A stretch of DNA of 37,188 nt from a virus (Duplodnaviria > Caudoviricetes). Made by a program: the position numbers and the translations under genes. The stretch spans positions 1 to 37,188 of the IMG/VR virus record IMGVR_UViG_3300049930_000036. One strand, 5' to 3'. Under the pieces are notes generated by a model. The model was not told the DNA's origin and did not search any database. It saw only the letters and a program-made list of their open reading frames with translations. This document shows, in pieces, positions 9,339 through 18,664 of the stretch (the first letter of the stretch is position 1; every line of letters begins with the position of its first letter).

Positions 9339-9991
9339 CAGTCCTTATCCCTCTTGCTTAGTCTATCTGTATAACGCTGTGTTGTATCCTCAAGAACGTC
9401 TTTTAATGCTCTATTATACAAAGCCTCAAACGTTGCTACACGTTCGTCATCTTTTAAAAAAGGTATTGTTTCTAATAGGCAAGCGTATAAAAGCAAACTT
9501 GGATATCTATCAGTAAGAAAATTTACTGGATTTGATACATTAAATAATGGCGTGCTTAAATATAATAGCTCATAAGAATAAGCTACACTTGGTGTAGGAC
9601 TAAGATATAGTTGCCCTACTGGGTTTGCCTGTAATTGTGGCATACTGTAATCAGCATAAAATACTGGATTACCCGTAGTTGTAGTAATAGGCGAATAACT
9701 CCTACAAAATTCATAAGTTCTAGGCAATACATAAACTGTTGTAGGTGTAGTTCCAGGAATTACATATGACAAACTAATGGTTTCTCTCCAATCATTAGGT
9801 TTTGCAATTAAAGGATTATTTACAGTAAATACTGGATTACCTGTTTGTATTTTTTGAAAACCAATACTTCTTGCTTCGCTATAAATTCGGCTAATTCCTT
9901 GATTAATAAAATCAGGGATTTGGTTAATAAAGAAAGTATCAGTTCTATTGGCATAATTCTGAATTTGAATAGTAAGAGAATTGTAATCCAT
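9338..9991 (-). CDS. Head-tail adaptor protein
   Basis: M.YN.L...IQNY..R.D....IP.FI N-terminus; L.PTP...Y..EL.Y; NFLTD.YP.LLLYACL.E. Confidence 0.72.
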   Translation of the reverse strand: MDYNSLTIQIQNYANRTDTFFINQIPDFINQGISRIYSEARSIGFQKIQTGNPVFTVNNPLIAKPNDWRETISLSYVIPGTTPTTVYVLPRTYEFCRSYSPITTTTGNPVFYADYSMPQLQANPVGQLYLSPTPSVAYSYELLYLSTPLFNVSNPVNFLTDRYPSLLLYACLLETIPFLKDDERVATFEALYNRALKDVLEDTTQRYTDRLSKRDKD

Positions 9992-11761
9992 TTATTGATC
10001 CTCTCTTTCTTGTTCTTTTTGTAATTGCTTACTTAGAGCAGCAGCTGAATAACCGGTTACTTCTTTTATACGTTTGTTAAAGGGAATAACATTTAGTGTA
10101 TTCGGCTTTTCGGCTAATTTAAGAGCTAAATCTAAGAGTTTTTTGTCGGTTAATAATTTAGTTAGTCCAGCTGTCCCAATCATGGCAGTAATAGCTTGGG
10201 GAGTATAGAAAGCTCCTAAATAGCCTCCTATAGCAGTAGTTATGGCTGTTCCTGAAGGATTAGGAATGTTTCTATTCTTAATTGCCATTGCCTTTGCAAT
10301 AGTTCCTAATTTTTGTATTTTTTCATAAGTTTCAGGAGTTACTTGTTTCTTGATTAAAGCATTTTTATCTGGAGAATTAATAGCTTTTGATAAAGCGTTA
10401 TAAGAAAGATTATCAGTAGCAGCATTGGTGCTTTTGTTACTTAATATACCTTCTAATTTTTCTCTTTTAGCAACTTTTTCAAATAGACTATCTGCCTCTT
10501 TAAAGCTTTGATACCATTCAGGATTTATCTTGCCATAGTCTGCTATGTCTTTTGAAACTGCTTTTTGTAGATTGCGGAGTTGATTTTTAACTCCTTGATC
10601 CATATCCCACTTAATAATAGAATTTAGGCTTTTCTTTGTTCCTATCAGCTTATTTACATATTGGCTAATTAATTTGGACGACGGTTCGATCTCATTTCTA
10701 AGTGTTTCTAATGTATTTAAAAGATCTTTTTCACCTGGAGAAAGTACAGCTGTATCTATTTTTATATTATCTATAGCATTTTTTAGATGAGTAGGTTTAA
10801 CTCTTGCATCTTTAGGAAGATTCGATGCTACTTGATTATATAGACTATCTATTTTTGATTCTATTTCGGGAGTTTTTGATGGTCCAACATCCTCATATAT
10901 TTTATTTAGAGCATCTTTAGTTTGATTTTCAGCATTGAGATATTTCTTTCCAAGCTTATTACCGAAATATGGTGTTTTTCCAACAAATTGATCGGCTAAA
11001 CCAGTTAACTTTGATTCAGTAAGAGCACTAGCAGGTAGATCTATACCTAAGTCACGAGCTGCTTGAGCTGCTTCTATATTCAAACCTTTAGGCGATAAAC
11101 CCATGATCTTTAATGGAATTTTCGCAGCAGTTTCAGGAAGTTTTTTAAAACCGCTATAAAGATTTTTAGGATTAAGTTTTGCAGCCATTGTAGGAGCTGC
11201 AACTATAGAAGCAAGATCTGCAACTAAAGGATTGACTCCTACTTCTTGCAATGCTCCGCTTGCACCCCCTATTATAGCTCCTTTACCTACTGTATTAATA
11301 GCAGATAATGCTTTTGCTCCTTTTGAAGCCAATCCAAATGGACCAAATCCACCTGCAAATTCAGCGGCATTAGAAGCTATTCTTTGTCCTGCTGTAGTTG
11401 GTTTAGGAGCTAAATCTAAACCTAATTTATTAGCTCCGGCATTCAGCCATTTTGATGGTCTATCAACATTTTCAGGGCTAAAATAATCATTTTCAGAACC
11501 CATATCTATATTGTTAGGTTTGCCCGCTTGCTCACGTAAAAAACCTAGAGTTTTCCTTCCTCCTCTTTCCGCACGATGAAGTAAGTTAGCAGGTAAATCA
11601 GGTATAGAGGTTAGTCCTTGCAAAGCAGATTTTCCTATGAGTGATCCCCATGAATCACCTTGTTGTTCCCTTTTAAGGGGTACTTCTGCAGTATATTGAG
11701 CCCATTTACTAGAAGGTGCATTATTTGAAGTTTCCGCACTGTACGAGTCCCATTTGCCCAT
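9992..11761 (-). CDS. Probable internal virion / ejection protein
   Basis: 589 aa helical; N-terminal KWD.Y/KWAQY repeats, Gly/Ala hydrophobic patches, NPSGTA motif near the C-terminus. Confidence 0.6.
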   Translation of the reverse strand: MGKWDSYSAETSNNAPSSKWAQYTAEVPLKREQQGDSWGSLIGKSALQGLTSIPDLPANLLHRAERGGRKTLGFLREQAGKPNNIDMGSENDYFSPENVDRPSKWLNAGANKLGLDLAPKPTTAGQRIASNAAEFAGGFGPFGLASKGAKALSAINTVGKGAIIGGASGALQEVGVNPLVADLASIVAAPTMAAKLNPKNLYSGFKKLPETAAKIPLKIMGLSPKGLNIEAAQAARDLGIDLPASALTESKLTGLADQFVGKTPYFGNKLGKKYLNAENQTKDALNKIYEDVGPSKTPEIESKIDSLYNQVASNLPKDARVKPTHLKNAIDNIKIDTAVLSPGEKDLLNTLETLRNEIEPSSKLISQYVNKLIGTKKSLNSIIKWDMDQGVKNQLRNLQKAVSKDIADYGKINPEWYQSFKEADSLFEKVAKREKLEGILSNKSTNAATDNLSYNALSKAINSPDKNALIKKQVTPETYEKIQKLGTIAKAMAIKNRNIPNPSGTAITTAIGGYLGAFYTPQAITAMIGTAGLTKLLTDKKLLDLALKLAEKPNTLNVIPFNKRIKEVTGYSAAALSKQLQKEQEREDQ

Positions 11762-12774
11762 TATTCACCTATTGGGCTAAGAGGTTCATCAGGATCGCTC
11801 ATAGCTTCTTGCATCATTTCTCTTGGAATAGAAAATTGCTCGCCGTTTGCATTTTGCATTAAGATAAAATCGTTATTAGGATTTCCTTGTAGAGATTCTC
11901 CTTGATATGGATTTTGTTGACCTTCTAACTGTTCATCTCCCAGTAGATTCTTTAAAGTTTTTATGATCTCTAAATTAACTTCAGGCGGATTATCAGCTGA
12001 AATACTTGGTACATGTTCAAATTCAGCTTGGTTACGATATCCCCATGCATTAAATAATTTACCCCGTAATACATCTCCAAGAGCATTAACCTGAGCTTGC
12101 TCTTTATTTGGTATATAGCCGCCTGGAGTAAATCGTGATAAAAGATTACTAGCTCTACCTCTATAAGTTTCTTGCTTCTCTAAATCTTTCATAAGAAGAT
12201 TCTCAGCACTATTAAGAAGATTAGATAATTCAGCATTAGATGAATCTGCATGTTTTTCTTTTTCAGACTTTTCACCTTGATCACTTCTGGCAGACATCCT
12301 AGAATTCATCAAATCATGATAACGCCGTTGTTCTCCTAACTGTCGTTCTGCATGCTGTCTATGCCAAGCTCTTTCTTCTTCTTGAGCTTGTCTTGCTTGT
12401 TCGGCTTTCTGATAAGCTAATATTTGATTAGCCATACCATGATTTTCTGCCATGGCAGCATTTTCAGATTGATCGTAAGTTTTAAGAGCTGGAGATAAAG
12501 CCCGTCCCACAGATCCTAAGTTATTCAAAAACCCTTTCTCCTTAGGCATTTGAGACATACTATCGCCAAATGCTAGTAATGAATTATTGAATGCATTCTC
12601 TTGTTGATCTTTATTCATCCCAAGAGACATCCTTGCGCTTGCAATAGCTTTTTGTATTCCTGAATCGAATGGATTATAAGGAGCTTGTTGTTGCTGATTA
12701 GGTTGTTGCTGCGTATCAGCCATCTGATTTGATGACTGATTATTTTGCAGATAATTTATTAGAGCTGGATTCAT
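11761..12774 (-). CDS. Probable internal virion / ejection protein
   Basis: 337 aa, Q/N-rich helical; translationally coupled to the 589-aa gene. Confidence 0.55.
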   Translation of the reverse strand: MNPALINYLQNNQSSNQMADTQQQPNQQQQAPYNPFDSGIQKAIASARMSLGMNKDQQENAFNNSLLAFGDSMSQMPKEKGFLNNLGSVGRALSPALKTYDQSENAAMAENHGMANQILAYQKAEQARQAQEEERAWHRQHAERQLGEQRRYHDLMNSRMSARSDQGEKSEKEKHADSSNAELSNLLNSAENLLMKDLEKQETYRGRASNLLSRFTPGGYIPNKEQAQVNALGDVLRGKLFNAWGYRNQAEFEHVPSISADNPPEVNLEIIKTLKNLLGDEQLEGQQNPYQGESLQGNPNNDFILMQNANGEQFSIPREMMQEAMSDPDEPLSPIGE

Positions 12775-12782
12775 CTACACCT

Positions 12783-12902
12783 CTACTTATTAGATACAGG
12801 AAGAGTCGAACCTCTCTCATCAAAGACATCAAAATCTATCTCTTTGGTGACACAACCTTCAAGAACCAAAAATAATAAAATTAAGGATAATATTTCTTTC
12901 AT
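12783..12902 (-). CDS. Small putative lipoprotein, 39 aa (not in ORF track)
   Basis: MKEILSLILLFLVLEGCVTKEIDFDVFDERGSTLPVSNK*; signal peptide with L-E-G-C, GGGA upstream, fills the gap exactly. Confidence 0.6.
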   Translation of the reverse strand: MKEILSLILLFLVLEGCVTKEIDFDVFDERGSTLPVSNK

Positions 12903-12909
12903 ATCGTCC

Positions 12910-13416
12910 CTAAAACGTAAACCAGGCTGTGCCTGATGAATACACTCTACTAGAGCCGGAATTTGTGCTAATTACTACATTTGCAGCACCATCTATGGTC
13001 TCTGCTCCACTTCCATCAACAGTAATATTATTAGTATTTGCTGCTCCACTTTCATCTTTGACTATTAGGATTTGACCTGCAATAGTAGTCGCAACAGGTG
13101 GCAAAGTAATAGTACGAGCTGCAGCAGTGCTAGTTACTCCAATAATAACGTCTGTAATCAAAGCTTGATAACTAATAGCTGTAGTAGTACGTTTTAGTGC
13201 AAATAAACTAGCTGATGTATTCATATTGCCCCAAACTCCATTTTGAAGTCCTTGGAAAGTACCTGTCGTAGTATTAGCAATAAAAAGCCCGTTAGTTTGC
13301 GTTAACGCATCTCTTTGCGTAGTCGTTATCGGAGCGGTATAAAATCCTTTTTCTTTATTAGTTGAACTTGGAGAAACTTGTAAATTGGAAACTCTGGTGA
13401 TAGCTGGCAATGGCAT
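12910..13416 (-). CDS. Small virion fibre / decoration protein
   Basis: TTTQRDAL..NGL..N.TTG.FQG..NG.W module plus TITLP..GQI.IVKD..G.A..NNITV..ETIDG domain. Confidence 0.6.
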   Translation of the reverse strand: MPLPAITRVSNLQVSPSSTNKEKGFYTAPITTTQRDALTQTNGLFIANTTTGTFQGLQNGVWGNMNTSASLFALKRTTTAISYQALITDVIIGVTSTAAARTITLPPVATTIAGQILIVKDESGAANTNNITVDGSGAETIDGAANVVISTNSGSSRVYSSGTAWFTF

Positions 13417-13524
13417 AAAAACCTCTTTATGATTTAATTAATTATTTAAAAATAAAAAAATCTTTCAGAGGCGAGATTATGACCTAGACATTTTCTACAT
13501 ACGATTTTAAGTTTCGTAGAAACT
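13414..13524 (-). promoter_or_regulatory. Structured 5' leader copy A (pseudoknot element + anti-SD hairpin + SD/AUG hairpin)
   Basis: Alignable to 24272-24370; contains AGTTTCTACGAAACTTAAAATCGTA (- strand, 13500-13524). Confidence 0.7.
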
Positions 13525-13915
13525 ATGGAGCGGGTGGTAGTGGTAAATCGTTAAGTGTTATGTAACTAATATCGCAATCAAATACTTGGGTATACCCATT
13601 AGAAAAGATTACTAAACTATCGCTTATGCTTGGGTCAGGTGTAGTGCTATATTGAAGATAAATATTCAATCCTTTAGCAGCAACTATATCAACCGTATCA
13701 TAAGGCTTTATTTCAAATTCATTTATTTCATATACTGAGATAGATGAAATTTGAGAACGTACTTTTTTTAAATTAACTAAAATAGTATATGACGTTCTAT
13801 TGCATACTATTAATCCCGTTACTTGTATAGGATGAGTATTTGCTGTTAAGATAGTAGTTTCAGCATCTTTTAAATTGCTGAAGAGATTACTAGGATAATC
13901 AACAAATACTCCCAT
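13523..13915 (-). CDS. Small beta-rich virion protein
   Basis: 130 aa, beta-strand pattern (GLIVCN), within the structural cluster. Confidence 0.55.
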   Translation of the reverse strand: MGVFVDYPSNLFSNLKDAETTILTANTHPIQVTGLIVCNRTSYTILVNLKKVRSQISSISVYEINEFEIKPYDTVDIVAAKGLNIYLQYSTTPDPSISDSLVIFSNGYTQVFDCDISYITLNDLPLPPAP

Positions 13916-13924
13916 TTTATCACT

Positions 13925-14179
13925 TTATTTAATAACTTCATCAGCTTCGATAGTTCCATTTTGAATAGGCACTATTTCTTTTAACTCAAGTGCTTTTACT
14001 GCTATTCTATCGCATAGAGTATGAAAAAAAATACATGCACTGTTAAATTTCGGATCTGATTGCGCATTCTTATTAGAAAGCTGCGTTATCAAATCTTTTA
14101 AATATTCAGCGTCAATAAGATAGTCATTTATAATTGCACTGTTTCTCTTTTGGTTTTCTACAATCGATTCAAAATCCAT
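13925..14179 (-). CDS. Hypothetical protein (possible fibre chaperone)
   Basis: 84 aa with AGAGAG RBS, downstream of the large fibre gene. Confidence 0.5.
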   Translation of the reverse strand: MDFESIVENQKRNSAIINDYLIDAEYLKDLITQLSNKNAQSDPKFNSACIFFHTLCDRIAVKALELKEIVPIQNGTIEADEVIK

Positions 14180-14239
14180 TATTCTCTCTTTATTAAATTA
14201 ATATCTTCTTAAATATAACATCTTTTTTTTATAAAGCAT

Positions 14240-14482
14240 TTATTTTTTTGAAATATCTGGAGGAATAAAAGCAATAATTAAATCGTCATTAGCAATTGCT
14301 GTATCCAAATTTGTAATATCTGATTCTAAAGCAATAATTTGAGCGTTTAACTCATCAATAACAGAATAATAATTTTGAATATTTATATTAATATTATTAA
14401 TTTGCTGATCTTTTGTAGTAATTAAATCTGCTAACCTCGTCTTGTCTGCATTCATTTGGTTTATTAAATCCTGATTTGACAT
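14240..14482 (-). CDS. Coiled-coil protein (possible fibre chaperone)
   Basis: Heptad pattern; directly after the 985-aa fibre. Confidence 0.55.
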   Translation of the reverse strand: MSNQDLINQMNADKTRLADLITTKDQQINNININIQNYYSVIDELNAQIIALESDITNLDTAIANDDLIIAFIPPDISKK

Positions 14483-14500
14483 ATTATAACCTTTTTTATT

Positions 14501-17458
14501 TTAAGTTGAAGAAATAGAAAAATTAAGTTCTGTAACATTTAAGGTTCTGCTACCTACACTATGAACAGCACGAACATCAAAAAAATCGGATGATGTCGTA
14601 ATAACAGCCCCGGTAGTGAGAACAACTGGAAAGCTAGTACTAGATCCGCCAGTAACGCATAAAGTAGCGCGAGCACCGCTAATTTGGACTCCATTTTTGA
14701 AAATAGCGAATGTAGTAACTTCCCCAGCCGCTCCATTCTGAGTTAGGCATAAAGATACCTTGATTTCTTGTAATCCCGGCGGAAAGATTGAGCCACCATT
14801 ATAGATAAAAGAGTTTGATGATGATGTATAATTACTTAGTATTGATTGTAGAGTAGTTGAAGTCCATGCTAATTTAGTATAAGTACTTGTAGATGCACTC
14901 ATCACTGTATTTGTGCCCCCCACGGTATAACCTGAGTAACATGCAAATGATTGTTTTGCATAAAGTAACCCACCACCAGTCAAACGCATTAACTCGTTAG
15001 AAGCTGAACTAGAAGTAGCTGCTTTCCAAGTAAATGCTGATCCAGTAGCATCAATTTGAGAGTTGAATATCCCTGTTGCTGTACCTAGCCCAAATACTTG
15101 ATGGTCATTATTGATAGTTTCATATAATACTATTTTTCTGTTAGCATGAATCGTAGGTAATTGAAGTTGAGCATGTGGGGTTATTCCGATTCCAACTGAA
15201 AGCTGATTAGTACTAGAGCCACCAAGAACCATGCAATTACTTGCTCCAACGGAGGCTTGGTATCCAATGGCTATGGCATTAGTTAAATTATTTACAGAAG
15301 AGTCCGCTTCATACCCAAAGAATGTACAGTTATTATAAATCGCCTGAGTTGCTCCTGCGTCATTACCGAAAGCGGAATTAAAAGAACCAGTAGTATTATT
15401 TGATAAACTTTCAGTACCGAAAGCGGAATTAAAAGAACCAGTAGTATTACTTAATAAACTTCCACCACCAAAAGCGGCATTGTTAGAACCCGTAGTATTA
15501 CTTAATAAACTTAGCGTACCGAAAGCGGAATTAGTAGAACCAGTAGTATTAAGTTGTAAACTTTGATAACCGAAAGTGGAATTATTATTACCAATAGTAT
15601 TATTTGATAAACTTTCAAAACCAAAAGCGGAATTATTAGTACCAATAGTATTAGTTTTTAAACTCTGATAACCGAAAGCGGAATTATTACTAACAGTATT
15701 ATTTTGTAAACTTTGATCACCGAAAGCTACGTTTGAATTTCCAATAACATTAAGTTGTAAACTTTGATAACCAAAAGCTGAATTATTATTACCAGTAGTA
15801 TTAGTTGATAAACATTGATAACCAAAAGCTGAATTAGGTGAACCAGTAGTATTACTTAATAAACTTTGAATACCAAAAGCGGAATTATAATTACCAGTAG
15901 TATTACTTAATAAACTTTGAATACCAAAAGCGGAATTATAATTACCAGTAGTATTACTTGTTAAACATTGATAACCAAAAGCTGAATTAGGTGAACCAGT
16001 AGTATTATTTGCTAAACTTAGCGTACCGAAAGCGGAGTTATAACTACCAGTAGTATTAAGTAATAAACTTTGATAACCAAAAGCGGCATTAAAACCACCA
16101 GTAGTATTAGCTTGTAAACTTTGATAACCGAAAGCAGCATTACCTGAACCAGTAGTATTAAGTTGTAAACTTAGCGCACCGAAAGCGGAATTATTACTAA
16201 CAGTATTATTTTGTAAACTTTGATAACCAAAAGCGGAATTATTATCAGCTATATTATTTTGTAATGCTTTGTCACCAAAAGCTACGTTTGAATTTCCAAT
16301 AACATTAAGTTGTAAACTTCGATAACCGAAAGCGGAATTATTAGAACCAGTAGTATTACTTAATAAACTTCGATAACCGAAAGCGGCATTATCGGCACCA
16401 GTAGTATTACTGAATAAACTTTCATTACCGAAAGCGGAATTATTACTAGCGGTATTATTTAATAAACTTTCACTACCGAAAGCGGCATTATTAGTACCAA
16501 TAGTATTATTTGATAAACTTTGATAACCGAAAGCGGCATTACCACCACCAATAGTATTATTTGATAAACTTTGATAACCGAAAGCGGCATTACCTATACC
16601 AGTAGTATTAAGTAATAAACTTTGATAACCAAAAGCGGAATTAGCATTACCATTTGTAAGTGATTCCAAGGAATTTGTCCCTACACCAGTATTAGATATA
16701 CCTGTAGTAGTAAGATTTCCTGCTAACTTACCAATAAATAAATTAATTCCAGTATCTATTATTAGTGGTATTGTACGCCAATTAGCGCCATCGAATCCAT
16801 TAAATTGGCCTGAGGTAGTATTGAATAATAACATACCATTTGCATCAACTGGAGTAGATAATACATCACGTTCAACTGTTGTCATTCTAGAAAGAAGTAA
16901 AGCTCCAATATCAGATTGCAATTCTATTAATGCAGAAGGAGAAGTTGATGAGCTGGGAATACCACCTGTAAATAACGAACAAACATGGTCTTCTCCTATA
17001 TTGTTAGTTATAAATTCCACCGGCATTAGACTATCAACAAAGATGCCAGCTATATCGTTGGTGAATTTAATATATTCTAGGGTAGCATTAGAGACTTTAC
17101 CAGGATTAGAAAATAATTGAAAAGAAGAAGGGACGGGTATAACTCCAACAACCATACCACTATCTTTGATTATCTTACCTGTAGTTCCATCAAAAGCGGC
17201 AAGACTATTATCAGTCGCCCCATTAGGTCCAGAAACATTCCCATTTCCTGCAGCAAGAATGATTGTAGTATCATTAACTCGTGCTTCTAGTCTGTTTGCA
17301 TCATCGTTGTACCACATACCGCCATTTACTTTTGTGGCAGTAGGAATAGCGGCTATTTTTGCAGTATTTAATCGAGGAACATAAAGCCCATTATTATTAT
17401 TAGTTGGGCTTGGATTAGTGGCTAAAGCACTGAATCTAGTAATTGGCGGTAATGGCAT
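14501..17458 (-). CDS. Large tail fibre/spike with beta-solenoid repeats
   Basis: 985 aa; 26 units of N(S/A)AFGxxSLxxNTTG type; TDN.LA.FDGTTGK.IKDS fibre motif; C-terminal beta-sandwich. Confidence 0.8.
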   Translation of the reverse strand: MPLPPITRFSALATNPSPTNNNNGLYVPRLNTAKIAAIPTATKVNGGMWYNDDANRLEARVNDTTIILAAGNGNVSGPNGATDNSLAAFDGTTGKIIKDSGMVVGVIPVPSSFQLFSNPGKVSNATLEYIKFTNDIAGIFVDSLMPVEFITNNIGEDHVCSLFTGGIPSSSTSPSALIELQSDIGALLLSRMTTVERDVLSTPVDANGMLLFNTTSGQFNGFDGANWRTIPLIIDTGINLFIGKLAGNLTTTGISNTGVGTNSLESLTNGNANSAFGYQSLLLNTTGIGNAAFGYQSLSNNTIGGGNAAFGYQSLSNNTIGTNNAAFGSESLLNNTASNNSAFGNESLFSNTTGADNAAFGYRSLLSNTTGSNNSAFGYRSLQLNVIGNSNVAFGDKALQNNIADNNSAFGYQSLQNNTVSNNSAFGALSLQLNTTGSGNAAFGYQSLQANTTGGFNAAFGYQSLLLNTTGSYNSAFGTLSLANNTTGSPNSAFGYQCLTSNTTGNYNSAFGIQSLLSNTTGNYNSAFGIQSLLSNTTGSPNSAFGYQCLSTNTTGNNNSAFGYQSLQLNVIGNSNVAFGDQSLQNNTVSNNSAFGYQSLKTNTIGTNNSAFGFESLSNNTIGNNNSTFGYQSLQLNTTGSTNSAFGTLSLLSNTTGSNNAAFGGGSLLSNTTGSFNSAFGTESLSNNTTGSFNSAFGNDAGATQAIYNNCTFFGYEADSSVNNLTNAIAIGYQASVGASNCMVLGGSSTNQLSVGIGITPHAQLQLPTIHANRKIVLYETINNDHQVFGLGTATGIFNSQIDATGSAFTWKAATSSSASNELMRLTGGGLLYAKQSFACYSGYTVGGTNTVMSASTSTYTKLAWTSTTLQSILSNYTSSSNSFIYNGGSIFPPGLQEIKVSLCLTQNGAAGEVTTFAIFKNGVQISGARATLCVTGGSSTSFPVVLTTGAVITTSSDFFDVRAVHSVGSRTLNVTELNFSISST
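15345..16643 (-). repeat. Coding tandem repeat, 48-51 bp (16-17 aa) units
   Basis: 26 units counted; near-identical adjacent 51-bp copies at ~15842-15959. Confidence 0.9.
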
Positions 17459-17570
17459 AAAAGTTTCTCAAATTCAAAATAAATTTCAAGATTCTTTTAG
17501 GAACAAGAACTAACTAACCAAATACGATTTTAAGTTTCATAGAAACTGTATAATTATTTATTATAACAAC
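17459..17570 (-). promoter_or_regulatory. Extended -10 promoter plus structured leader copy B
   Basis: TGTTATAAT (17560-17568, -), then AGTTTCTATGAAACTTAAAATCGTA (17523-17547) and hairpin GUUCUU-GUUCCUAA-AAGAAU (17491-17510). Confidence 0.6.
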
Positions 17571-17607
17571 TTTTTTAAAAAAGACTTAAAAAAACAGTAA
17601 TATTAAA

Positions 17608-18594
17608 TTATATTATTACTAATAAATTCATATCACTTACTGTTATATTGTCACCGGCAATAGCATCCGAAGTTATAAAAACCTCGATATAATCATTAGT
17701 AGCAAATTGGACGGGGATGCTAACAGTGAGACTTATAGGTTTATTGCCCGTCAATTGATAATTATAATTTGCTCCTGGTACAGCAGCATTATTCTTATAA
17801 ATCATAATAGCTATCGTTGAAGTAAGAGTAGGGATAGCAGATAAATCTACATTTACCATTGTGGTAATTGTATTTGACCCTCCATATGTTAGTGTATTAT
17901 TACCTGGTGCGGTAAAACTATTAAGAGGACCGGGATGTGAGGTACCTAAAATTTTAGTAAAAGTATTAGCAACAGCCACATTTGTAGGCGTGCTACTTCC
18001 TATTATATGTAAAGATGCTAGAACTCCTGTAAGTGTATTACTAGCAGCAGTTAATTGTCCTCTCGAATTAACTGTAAAACTTCCATTATAAGTGCCTGGA
18101 GTGACTGCCGTATCAGTAATATCTATAGTTCCCGAGCTAGTTATCACACCGCCAGATAGTCCTGCACCAGCTGTAATGGATGTTACTGTGCCACTTCCAT
18201 TAGTAGTCCATATAGGAGCATTTCCGGCTCCTTGTGAAGTCAAGACTTGACCACTCGTGCCAGGTAAATTATTCAAATTAAGAGTAGTAAGTATATTAAT
18301 TCCGGTACTAGCGAATTTGATAATATCGCTACCGGTAGTTTGAGCATTCACGAAGCTTTGCAAGGTCAAAGAACCGTACGTATCAGTATTCGTTGTTATA
18401 TGACTCAACCTAAAACCAGAATATAAATTATTCCTAAATTCTTGATTAAATTGAGAAGAAATCGAAATACTCGGAATAAAGCTATTAGTTATCTGAAAAG
18501 CAGATAATGATTGAGTATAATTAAATTGTTGCGTAGCTCCTAGGATATTCAACCCAGGATTGACACCAGCTACTGTTATAGTGCTCATTGGCAT
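17608..18594 (-). CDS. Tail fibre-like protein
   Basis: GTSGQVLTSQG...P.W, GTVTSITAG.GL.GG.ITSSGTI and TV.SRGQ.TAAS fibre motifs; GAGGAG RBS. Confidence 0.75.
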   Translation of the reverse strand: MPMSTITVAGVNPGLNILGATQQFNYTQSLSAFQITNSFIPSISISSQFNQEFRNNLYSGFRLSHITTNTDTYGSLTLQSFVNAQTTGSDIIKFASTGINILTTLNLNNLPGTSGQVLTSQGAGNAPIWTTNGSGTVTSITAGAGLSGGVITSSGTIDITDTAVTPGTYNGSFTVNSRGQLTAASNTLTGVLASLHIIGSSTPTNVAVANTFTKILGTSHPGPLNSFTAPGNNTLTYGGSNTITTMVNVDLSAIPTLTSTIAIMIYKNNAAVPGANYNYQLTGNKPISLTVSIPVQFATNDYIEVFITSDAIAGDNITVSDMNLLVII

Positions 18595-18620
18595 AGTGTT
18601 ATCTCCTCATAATAGTTTTT

Positions 18621-18660
18621 GGCGAAATAGAGTAAATCGCGGCGAAATGAACCAAATCGC
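18621..18660. repeat. Two tandem 20-bp units, each GCGA-N11-TCGC
   Basis: ggcgaaatagagtaaatcgc / ggcgaaatgaaccaaatcgc. Confidence 0.8.
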
Positions 18661-18664
18661 GTAA

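Noticed and set aside
13500-13524. preQ1-I or guanidine-II riboswitch identity for the repeated element
   Set aside because: The loop is much shorter than preQ1-I and lacks its consensus, the ACG is not in a paired ACGR tetraloop arrangement, and the downstream genes are structural. Left unassigned pending Rfam.
14501-17458. Diversity-generating retroelement acting on the fibre
   Set aside because: No reverse transcriptase and no non-coding template repeat seen; the repeats are in-frame tandem units.
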